Positions 53,549-64,000 of a stretch of 64,000 nt of DNA are shown here, piece after piece. The position numbers were made by a program, and so were the translations under genes. The notes beneath the pieces are model-generated. The model did no database searches and was not told the origin of the DNA. It saw nothing but the letters and a program-made list of their open reading frames with translations. The stretch's first letter is position 1. Every line of letters starts with the position of its first letter. The DNA comes from Camelus dromedarius (lineage: Eukaryota), in NCBI RefSeq assembly GCF_036321535.1, contig NC_087436.1, positions 72,604,001 through 72,668,000 on the forward strand. Reading direction: 5' to 3'.

Positions 53549-53704
53549 ATGTCATCAGGAATACTTTGGTGAACGATGTGGGGAAAAGTCCATGAAGACT
53601 CACAGCATGGTTGACAGTGATTTATCAAAAATTGCCTTAGCAGCCATAGCTGCCTTTGTCTCTGCCATGAGCTTCACAGCTATTGCTGTCATTATTACAG
53701 TCCA
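53549..53704 (+). CDS. AREG: Amphiregulin exon 4 (156 bp; EGF end, juxtamembrane stalk and [53 protein letters not shown])
   Basis: TTTGCAG acceptor and GTAAGT donor; YFGERC motif and hydrophobic helix. Confidence 0.98.
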
Positions 53705-54080
53705 GTAAGTATGGCATGGCTTAAAATTTCCTGACAAAATAATGCCAGGTTAATTCTTTTCAGTAATTTCTATCACAATGTGGTATCAAATTTTAGATGA
53801 ATTATTCTGTTGGTGACACATGATCTTTGGTCATATTTGTTCATATGCACTTCATTGACAAAGATCACAGAATATGGTCAAATATATATTACTTTGGCCA
53901 CTATTGAAACAATATATGAAGCCCTTTTCTTGAACTTAAAAATTGATGGTCTTTTTTCATGTTTTATGTTTAATCATGGTTACTTCCAAGTTTCAGAGTG
54001 TTGGTATCTTCTGTGACTGTATTAAGCTTAAGCAAGCCTCCCAGAAGCTAATTAAGGCCTGATTCAGAGTAGGTTGTCAG

Positions 54081-54244
54081 GGGCAGGGAGGGTATAGCTC
54101 AGTGGTAGAGCATGTGCTTAGCATGCATGTAGCATGCATGAGGTCCTGGTTCAAGCCCCAGTACCTCCATTAGAAAAATATATATATATAAACAAATAAA
54201 CCTAATTATCTCTCACCCCCCCCAGAAAAAATAATAAATAAAAC
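54081..54244 (+). mobile_element. Young tRNA-derived SINE (Vic-1-like) in AREG intron 4
   Basis: A box TAGCTCAGTGG, B-box-like GGTTCAAGCCC and an A-rich tail. A perfect 16-bp TSD CAGAGTAGGTTGTCAG lies at 54065-54080 and 54245-54260. Confidence 0.92.
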
Positions 54245-55837
54245 CAGAGTAGGTTGTCAGATGTACTGCTTTAGTACTAAAAAAATCACGAAGAGCTTCA
54301 AACCAGACCAGGCGCCAAGAAAAGATACGTCTTCTGCTCCTGTTAGAATGCAAAATTCTGAGTTAGGAATATAGCATGGTGCTAACCGACTTAGAGCTTA
54401 TGTTGCCTGTTATGTTATTGTCAAATGCAATATGGGAACTCAATTATTAAAAAAGAAAAATTTCCTCCATATGCCGTGGCATAGGAAGCAAGGACAATTC
54501 TATTACTGTTCTGTTCCTGCAGTGCCTTCCCTGTGCTCATAAAAACAGATCACATACTTCCCTACATGACCAATGAATGTTAGGACTAGACTGTTCTAGG
54601 CAGCAGACACTGGTGAATATGTAAAAATGGCATTGTCTGTCAAACAAAAGTCAGTGAATTAAGGAAGTTGGGGGAGGGTGTGAATGGCTCTGTGATGACT
54701 CATGTGCTACTAGAGCTTGGGAAAAGCAATAGACTCATTATTCTAATTTTAGGTCTTGGTAAATTACTTTAACAACTGGATTGTGTACATGATCTACTAC
54801 TCCTGCCATTCAGGAAACAAGGGGTTATCTTCTGCCATTGTTTACTACTATTTTAAACTCAGATCAGATAATAATAAAATGACACATTAAAAAAAACCGC
54901 TTTTATGATGCATGTAAAGTTTGATGTGTGGTTTAAATTAGTTTTGCACAGCCTAGAAATTATTTTGATCTGTTAGTACCTCAGATATGCAAATGTGTTT
55001 GGGAAACATACCCTCAGACAAACCATTACTATTTGACATAGAATGATAGAAGAAGAAATTGCCAGTTAGGGAAGATGTTTTGAAATAATTATTTCAACTT
55101 GTAATTATTCAAGTTGGAATATTTAATAAATTCTTTGTAGAAGTATAGAAAAACCTTGTCCTTTTATATTCTCCTTGTATTTAAGACACATAGCAGATAC
55201 TAGCTGCTTTTTCATAATTGAAGTTAATTTTTTCCCAAACATCACAACTAAAATTCTTAGGATTTTAATTACAACATTTAGTAGATAAAGACCTAGTAAA
55301 AATAGAATTGCTTGTACAATACTAAGACATTTCAGACCATTGACTTTTTTGGTAGCAAGTAGTAATATATAAAACTAGATGTGCTGATTATATTTACGAA
55401 TAGATAAAACTCAATTTGTTTTGTAAGCCTTTTTTTTTAAAAATCTAACCGTTCAAATTAGTTTGTGTAAGCATACAGATCTTCTATGGTAAAACTATAC
55501 TATCTTCTTCCTCCAATTGTGCATGGCAATTGTGCTAAGCTTGGGGGAAAAAATGGATGTGTTCCATGCCTTCTGAAAGTTTGCATCTCTAGGCACATTT
55601 ATTTAAATCTCAGTCCTTTGGAAGTATGTTTTATGACGTCAACATAAAGATCCCCTTAAAAAGAACATAGGTGATACTTTTTTATCTGGGTTTGGTTTTT
55701 GGTTTGGTGGAGTGGTCCATCAGTATGTAATGGTCTATAAGGACTCACACAAAAGAATTCCTTGTATTCATAAAAACCCCAGGCACTATATACATGAATA
55801 GGGCTTTGATGACAGTAGAATATCTTGTTCTCCAAAG

Positions 55838-55931
55838 GCTTCGAAAACGATACTTCAGGGAATATGAAGGTGCAGCAGAAGAACGAAAGAAACTTCGACA
55901 AGAAAATGGAAATGCACATGCCATAGCATAA
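55838..55931 (+). CDS. AREG: Amphiregulin exon 5 coding part (tail LRKRYFREYEGAAEERKKLRQENGNAHAIA*); exon continues to 55949
   Basis: CCAAAG acceptor, TAA at 55929-55931 and CAG/GTTTGA donor at 55950. Total CDS is 61+249+202+156+94 = 762 nt, giving 253 aa. Confidence 0.97.
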
Positions 55932-57678
55932 CTGAAGATGATACTACAGGTTTGAGTTTTGAAAGATATCTTTAAATCATATCCTATGATTAAAAAATAA
56001 CATCTATTATCTGAAGAAAAATGAGAAAAGCAAGTTTTCTTAAATATATGCACATTGGCTACATTAAAGTCTTATTCTCTGAGCATGTGACAGAATTCAA
56101 TGCTGAGAGCAGACTATATCCTTAGTATCATAAAGGATCTAATGATGAGGGAGACACAGATTCTATTCTCAAAGAACTTAGTGCTTAATAGGTAGGGGGA
56201 AAAAAACTGTAAGGAACGAGAATATTAGGGGGAGCAAAGTATGTGTCCTAAGAGAGGAACTAATGGAATATGAGGAATTTCCAGTGAAGGAGAGAGAGAA
56301 TCCAGTGGGATGCATTTAGGGAGCAGGAAAGGATGTGTGTGCAGAAGGCATTGGAAGTGAGCATCAAAGAAAGAACTAATGAGAGTGGGATAAGCAACTG
56401 CAAAGGGAAAGGAAGATTCATACTGTGAGATGGACTAGATTATACTGGAAACTTTTGAAAAATGGCCCAGTTCAAATGGTGTTGGGGAAGATAAGGTTGA
56501 GATGGCAGATTGAGCTCACATGGTGGCGAGCCAATGTCAGGGAGCTTGCACCACAAATGTGAGGAAGTGGAAACAGCAGGCAGCATGTCTTTTTAAATAA
56601 AAGGGAGAAGAGGTGCAAATTTGAGAGATAGATTGGTTACAGTATATATAGTAGCTCTTATTTTAAACTTTTTTGTAAAGGGAGAGGTGAGCATGTGGTC
56701 AGGAGAGGAAAGAAGGTATAGAAAACTGAAGTGAACAGCTAGTGAAGCAAACTTCCAGAGGAAGAGGGAGACAAGGAGATCAAGGACACACTTCAAGTTG
56801 GTCAGAAGAAGGAACTCCGTTTCCTAAGACATCTAGGAAAGATGTCACATCCTTAAGTTACTCTTTTCTACCTCCAGTGGATTCAAGAATTACTTGAGGT
56901 GCTTGTTAAATACGCATATTCCTATGCCAAATCCTAAATCTACTAGATCAGTATTTCCGTTTTTAATTAACGCTCCAGATGCTTGGAGAACCACTATGTT
57001 TAGCACTGGTTAACACAAGCCTTATGTTCTGAGCCTGTTACAGAACTAGCCCAATAACTCATGAAACAGATAATTATCCATGCCAATGCTATATTCACTA
57101 CTTATTCATCAAAGTGTATAAATGAATTGGCTTCATGTTCTGAAGCTAAAACCACCAACATGAATAAGGGTAATTTTTGGTTATTTAGGACAATTGAAAT
57201 GTCTCAAAGGAGGTCTGGGGTGACTTTAGGGAAAGGAATATGCTGGGCTGGCACATAGTGGCTGCCTATTAACTGGTAGCTGCTGTTATTATGCCCTTGG
57301 TACTAATTACCTTAAATTAACTGTGTATCATAAATACACTGAGCCATTTTAATCTTTGTTTGTAATTATATCCAGTGCATAGATCTGGTTTGGAAAACTA
57401 TTTCTCATGACTTGCTGTGGTTTTATTAAGCTGAATTTGATGACACTGGTTTGAGCATATGCAGTCTTCAGTCTAAGTAGGCCTATTACCAAAGCAGATC
57501 TGGAAGTGGGATTCAAGTCAAAGTGCTAGTTTGTTTCCAGAAAGCTCTTTGCATTTTTCGCAGGACTTCTAAGAGAAAAAAATTGACAGAAATTCTGATT
57601 CCTGATTATTCTTTGACATTTTCTTAAAGCTATGTTGCAATTGAGCGTATCCTTAACTCTTTATTTAATTCCCAACAG

Positions 57679-57936
57679 GGTATCAGATCGGAGTCACTGC
57701 CAAGTCACAAGCATGAATGATGAGTTGGTTCCTCTTTTCAGTGGATCATAAGAAAACAGAACCTTTTTGTTCTGATGGTTTTAAACTTTCAATTGTCAGT
57801 TTTTAATGCTAAGTCTTATTTCTGTACATAAAGATGCATGGAGATAAAAAGTATTTTTTCAAGTTGTAAATAATTTATTTAATATTTAATGGAAGTGTAT
57901 TTATTTTACAGCTCATTAAACTTTTTTAATCAAACA
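57679..57936 (+). other. AREG: AREG exon 6 (non-coding 3'UTR) with AU-rich elements and ATTAAA signal at 57915-57920
   Basis: CCCAACAG acceptor and overlapping ATTTA motifs at 57871-57905. The 3' end is approximate. Confidence 0.88.
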
Positions 57937-59891
57937 GATTGAGAGTCTGAATATTAGTTTTGAGAGTGTAAGACTTTAGGTTATTTTTCTCCCAACACGT
58001 GGATGATCTTTAGATGATCATAGTAGAAGGAGTTCCTTCTCCTTCCTTTTTTTGTTTTTTAATGTTTTTGTGTTTATTTATAGCTTTTCTTAGAAAGCAC
58101 TCTTAATGGCAAAATTATAAAGTAGAGTCACTTATCCCACAAATACTAATATCCCAAACTGGTCTTTCTTATTCTATATAGGACTTTTTCCAGGTCCTGT
58201 TAATTATGAAAGCTTCTAAAATCAACACATGCAATGGCCTTTCTGTTACAGTAGACACAGATATTATAAAAGAAAGAGATTATACTGCTTATCATCATCA
58301 TCACCACAAGAATAGGTTTGAATTTGACATTTCGAGAGAACCAGGAAGTATTTAGATTTGAGACCTCTTTCCCTAATATCATGACATAAATGTATAAAGC
58401 ATCTAAAACCTACTCCTTTTTTTCCTCCACTTGCTACTCTTTTCCTAAACTATTTTAAACAAATATGTCTGTATTTGTGGTGGGTGTTCTTTTAAGAACA
58501 TTAATGTTATGGAATGACTCACAGTCTGGTTCCTGGCTGGTCAACTAAGTTACTCCCATGAAAAGCAAAACAACCTTTATAATGTGAAGGGAATACCTTA
58601 AGAAAATTAACCAATTATAAGCATGATTTTGGCAATCATCTCGCAGAATTTCGTAAATGAAAGGTGCCTCCAGCATCAACACTTCCATCTGTTTCTAGCA
58701 TCCCATTCACCAAATCTTTGCCCACTTAATCCTCAGAACTTCCTTAGAAGGTAAATACATTTTATAGGTAAGAAAAGTAAGCCTTAAAGAGATTAAGTAA
58801 CTTGCCACACAGCTAGTAACCGGCAATTAGGCTCTGTGGCTCCAGAGCTGGTTCACTTAAACTCCAATCTCTTCTACTTTTCCTATAGTCAAGGTGTTTG
58901 TTTTTGGTTTGGAGAATACTATCTACATACCAATTTGGCAGGTTTAAAATTGCCACTCATAAGGTACTTGGCTTATTTCTTCAAATTCAGATAAGATGAC
59001 ACTTTTTATCTACCTATTTCATCTTCACAAAGTTTTCCATTCTATAAAACTTCCCTTACAGTGTAGAATGCACACCTTAGTGTTAGCCCACTCAAAGAGT
59101 AAGAAAGCTGAAATATTTATCCAAAAATTTTATTCACAATTTTTAAAATACTTGGGTGGGTGAGATTAATTCCCTGGAACTTCCGGTCTGTGTAGGCAAA
59201 GTGAACTCCAGTAGCCAAAGAAAGTCCTCTGGCAATGAAATACAGGTGGGTTATAGGAAGGGCCAAAGTGCTTAGAAACAGAATCGCCCTAGGGTGTATA
59301 GGTGGGGCAACTGCTGAAGTGGCTGGGTTATTGCTGAACAATGCAACTCTTACTTCTTAGCTACTTTGTCATTCATTCAATAAATAACTACAAATAATTA
59401 TTAAACTCCAACTATGTACCAGGCGCGCACAGGTTACTGAAAAGCAACATCTCATAAGTCCTAAGGAGAAGTATCCGTAAACTTAGGAACAGAAGGAAAT
59501 GGCAGAATAAAAGGTTTAGGCAGGGTCAAAACAGGTAGTCATCCACTCAGTAATTAATAGTTCACTTTGTTTGATGGATTTGACCCTTATGAAGTATGAC
59601 TAAAGTAATGACACTGGTTTTCTTCCATGGCTTAGAAATCAACATAATTCCTTAGTAATACCTTGTGTAAATATATTCACCTTAATCGCCAACCTTTCAA
59701 ATTGCATATATATGTATATATATTTTATATATATATATACACGCACATACACATATACTATGTCCATTCAATCATTAATTTAATAAATCTTTATTGAGAG
59801 TCTACTATAAGCATAGTGATACTTTCGACAGTGAAATTTAACCTTCTTCCACGTCTCTCTGGGGAGACCAAGTGTGTGTCATAAATGGCTC

Positions 59892-59928
59892 TGTGTGTGT
59901 GTGTGTGTGTGTGTTTGTGTGTGTGTGT
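59892..59928. repeat. (TG)n microsatellite, interrupted once
   Basis: Directly visible. Confidence 0.95.
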
Positions 59929-59969
59929 CCTGATGGTGAGGTGGTTGGCAGTTTAAGTTATAATACAAT

Positions 59970-62900
59970 ACAATCAGAAAAAATTTTAAAGGATAACAAA
60001 AACTGTTGTATGTTTGGATATTGCACATTATAAAAATCTACTGAGTTAAAAATTATCTTAATGAAAATTACAAAATACTTAGAACTGAATGAAAATGTTT
60101 TATTTGTCAAAATTTATGACACTCAGTTAAAATAGTACTTAATAGACAGTTTGTAGATTTAAACATATTTATCAGAAATAAGAAAAGCTTAAAAAGGAAA
60201 AAAACTTAAGCTATGTATTAAACTCAAAATTTAGAAAAAGATCAATTGAATAAACCTAAGGAAATAGGAATAAAAATATTTACATAGGGCAGAAATAAAT
60301 GATAAAGATAATTGAATAACAAAGCCAATAGGCTATTCTTTGGAAAAATTAATAAGATAGATCTGTGTTAAAACTGATCAAAATAAAGAGACAATACATT
60401 AAAAAACATAGACAGAAAAAGGAGAAATACCTACAGGAAAAACAGATTTTAAAAGTAAGAAAAAAAGAGAAAGAGTATTAGAATTCACATTCATAAATAA
60501 ATTTTAGTAGCTTAAAGAGACATCACTTTCTCTAATAAATGACATAGAAAAGTATGATACTCTAAGTTTGCTTAATTCAACTGTCCAATAGTAATATTAA
60601 ATATCCAGGTCCTTTCCCTCCTGCTACTGTTCTATCCTCATGGTTGCAAGATGGCACTAATATATAAAAACCCAAGATGTAATGGATAAATGTCTACAAA
60701 AGTACCAAAAATGTGAAAAATGTTTAATAGTAAAAATAAAAAACTTAAACCAATAAGTAATAAAAAATGGAGTGATCAGAGCTCATATCCCCACCCACCC
60801 AAAGAGAAACCGAACCCATATGACTTTATAGTTGTTCAGAATATAGAGAAAGAGTGAAATCTGCCCAGCTTAATGTATGATGCTAGTGCCAATTTGTACA
60901 ACAGCAACATAAGGAAAAAAAATATGGGCACATTTTACTTATGAGCATAAATGTGAAAATTCACAAGTATATTCTTAAAATTACATTATGAGAGTAGAGC
61001 TTTTACCAGAAATGCAAGGAAAGTTCAACATAAGAAAGTATATCATTGTTATATAAAATAGAGTTTAAAAATTAGACTTTTTTTATTATACAAGATAGAG
61101 TTCAAAAGTGTTTTCTTATTAAAGGCAGAGAAAGCCTTTAAGTGCAAAATTTACTTATAATCTAAAATATTTTAAAACTAGGAATAGGACACTTCTTGTG
61201 TTTGATAAAAGCTGTATACTAAAATAAACAGCTGAATTTATACTTAGTAGCAAATCTATAGATGCTTTCCCTTTAAGATTAAGAATGAGGCAAGGATGCC
61301 CATTATGAAACAGCACAAAAATTCTTACTAAAATTGAAAGAAAATAAGTAAACATAAGAGATATAAGAATTTGTAAGAAATATGTGTCCCTGTTTGCAGA
61401 TAATATGATAATCTATCTAGAATAGCCAATACAATCAGTATGCCAACTATTAGAATTTGTAAGATAATTCCTTGAGATTGTCAGATATAATTATAAAATT
61501 CCAAAATTAATAGTACTTTCCAATGACAATTTATCTGAATCTTAAAAGATAAAATAGTATTCATATTTGCTAAAAAACTGTAAGATATACATGTATTGAA
61601 AATGAATACATGAGATTTCATTTAAGAAAAACGTGGATACCTCTTAAAGAAAACAAAGAAATCTGTCATGGATAAATACTCCTTTCTCTTAGACTGTAGA
61701 CTGTGAACAGGTTAATTCTCTTTCTGAACAATCTTTAAATTCAACAGAATGCTAATCAAAATTCCAAATGGGTCATTTGAAGAACTTCATATACCCTATT
61801 CTGTAATTCACATAAGAAAAGAAGTCTGAGAAAATTTGCCATTTTGGGGAAAAAAAGCAAAACAAGAAATCTTTTATATAAAGACATATACAAAGTAAAG
61901 TAGTAAAAGAGTGTGACTCTAGAGTAAGCATGGACAAAGGACTAATGGAACAACACAGCTCAGGGACAATTTATAGCATGATAAAGAGAGCACTATAAAT
62001 TAATAGGGAAAAAATGACTGCTTAGCAAATACTGTAGAGAAAAGAGTCTCAGAACGTGGAGAAGAATAAAATTGGAGGATTACCTTATATCATAGTCAAA
62101 GGTGAATCTCATGAAGATTAAATATCCAAATGTGAAATATAACACTGTAAAGTTAATACAAAATGATGCAGGAAAATATCCTTGTGAGTTAAGATTGAGG
62201 AAGGATTTAAGTAAAACCTCACAATTAAAAACAATGCAGAGAAAAATGAACTATTTTTTTGATTACGTCAAAATTAGGAAGTTTGGTTAAAAGAAGAATG
62301 TCATGGACAAATTTTACAGACAGTTGACAGAATGGAGAACTATGCAATGTCTAATGCCAAAAAGGGATTATGATATGTAAGGAATGACACAAAAATCAAC
62401 ATGAAAATGCAGGACCTTCAGCTTAAAAGGGGGAAAGTTTATGAGCAAGGAATTCCTAGAATGTGAAACCTAAGTGAGTAACAACCATGTTATTTGGACT
62501 AGTACTGTCCCAGATGTTGCTTTGCTGAGAATTAGCAAAAGTCAGCCTTTCCTCCAGACAGCTATTGTCCCAGGCCAGGCCAGGACACACAGCGTGGGTA
62601 TGGGCTGGAGCTCAGCTCCCACTCGCATTCTTGATTGGATGCTCTTTTGTAAGTACCTTGCACTCATCTGTATATCATGGCCCTGAATATAAAGAAATGT
62701 TCAAACTTACTGGAAATGGCAGAAATACAAATCAAAAACACAATAGAATATCTCTTTATGCCTGTCAGATTTGCAAAAATAGAAAGATGAATAATTTTTG
62801 CAGAAGCTTGTGGACATAGAGACCCTTAAACATTACTGGTTGGAGGTTAGCCTAGAACTGCCATTTGGGTAGTACTTAATCAAATTAAAAATAAATATGT

Positions 62901-63300
62901 CCTATTACCCAGAGTGAACATATTCCTAAGACATATAGGCCCACAAAGGGACGTGCATGAGGATGTTCACTGCTGTGTTGTTTATGATAGTGGAGAATTA
63001 GACGTAATCTAGCTGTTGACTACCTAATAAGGCAAAATCAAATGTGGTGGGTACACACTGCAGAACACAATGCAGCCATTAGAAACAAATGAGGTACACT
63101 CATAGTAGTATAGGCAGATTTTGTTTTAAACATAAAATTTTTAAAAGGTAGTGCTGAAGCAGATACGACATAAACTAAGACAATTTACAATTCCTTACTT
63201 TAATTAAATACACATTTTACAAATGTCACAAATTATATTAATTAAATAACACTTGTGTTTATTAAATATAAAAACTCACGTAATATATTAGAATGGTTGT
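59970..63300 (+). mobile_element. Highly degraded ancient L1M ORF2/3'UTR with small nested insertions (~60490-60660, ~62480-62680)
   Basis: A-rich sequence with colinear L1 ORF2 motifs (AAATACTTAGAACTGAATGAAAATG; CCAGAAATGCAAGGA…TTCAACAT; GCTTTCCCTTTAAGATT…GCAAGGATGCC; CTGTTTGCAGATAATATGAT). No long ORF remains. Confidence 0.8.
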
Positions 63301-63519
63301 AACAGTGAGGGAAAGGTGACCAATAGGAGTTGGGAAGTTGTGGGGAAGGTATTAAGAATTAACTAATTAAAACAATGGGAGGTCTAACTGAGAAGCATAT
63401 TTAATTCAGTCCTGTGCACCCAAGTTCAAGAAAAAAAAAAGAAACTGAAAAAAATATGCATAAAACGATGATAGGTGAAGGTAATAAATATGAGACTTAA
63501 ATTATGATTAAATTATGGG

Positions 63520-64000
63520 GTTGAGGGAGGGTTGCTGTAGACCAGATAGAAGGCCTCACTGAGGAGATGTCACTTAGTTGGTACTTGAAGGTCGAGAAAG
63601 GACCAGTCTGAGAAGAGAGGTAAGATAAGGCTGGAGGAAAGTATGAGGCCCCTTGAGGTGCTGTGATGAGGAGAGAGGGAGGGAGGGAAACTAGGCCAAA
63701 TCTTCCACAGGCCACTGGTGTTTAGACCCTTGTGTGAGTGCAGTGGGGAGTTTGACTTAAAAGTGGAAAGTCTCACAATCTGATTAACGTACTGTGTTGC
63801 TATGTGGAGAATGAACTAGAGGAGAAGGACGGAGAGGGGGCAGATTGATTGCTGAGGTGACTCAAGTCTTTCAGTGGGTCAGGCAAGGGATAAAAGTAAA
63901 TTGAAACAGGATAGTAGTGGCACTGGCAACAGAGAGAGATAAGAAACTTGGAAGAACATGAAGGACTTAGCTTGCAGGAGAGAGAATTGGGGGAAATAAA
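63520..64000 (-). mobile_element. L2 remnant
   Basis: Purine-rich L2-like sequence (GAAGGCCTCACTGAGGAGATGTCACTT; TGCTATGTGGAGAATGAACTAGAG). Confidence 0.55.

Noticed and set aside
54081..54170. tRNA gene
   Set aside because: The A and B boxes belong to a SINE head with an A-rich tail and TSD. The internal duplication disrupts the cloverleaf.
55929..57679. AREG 3'UTR intron as an NMD trigger
   Set aside because: The stop is only 18 nt upstream of the last junction, inside the 50-55 nt limit. This is the normal AREG structure.
11..58521. Window-wide enrichment of AP-1 heptamers
   Set aside because: I counted about 14 by eye against roughly 8 expected from base composition. That is too modest and imprecise to claim, so only clustered sites are reported.

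Overview
This is AT-rich mammalian genomic DNA, probably camelid (inferred from two tRNA-derived Vic-1-like SINEs), covering part of the EGF-family ligand cluster. It holds EREG (epiregulin) exons 2-5 plus a ~3.2 kb 3'UTR on the + strand (3445-~11430; exon 1 lies upstream of the window), a ~37 kb repeat-rich intergenic region, and the complete AREG (amphiregulin) gene (+ strand, CpG-island promoter near 48.3 kb, 6 exons, 253-aa ORF, ending ~57936). Nearly all entries in the ORF track are spurious. I see no evidence of a new multi-gene biological system. The most notable observations are: a young L1 with a 3' transduction and a fold-back 5' junction inserted just upstream of EREG exon 3; an in-frame upstream ATG at the AREG start site; a Trp-to-Cys change plus a tandem acceptor at EREG exon 5 that could give tail-less epiregulin; a twin-primed inverted L1; an antisense solo LTR; a strong CTCF motif; and identical TEAD/AP-1 composite sites on either side of AREG. 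Comparisons with human sequence and repeat-family names are from memory and need checking by alignment.
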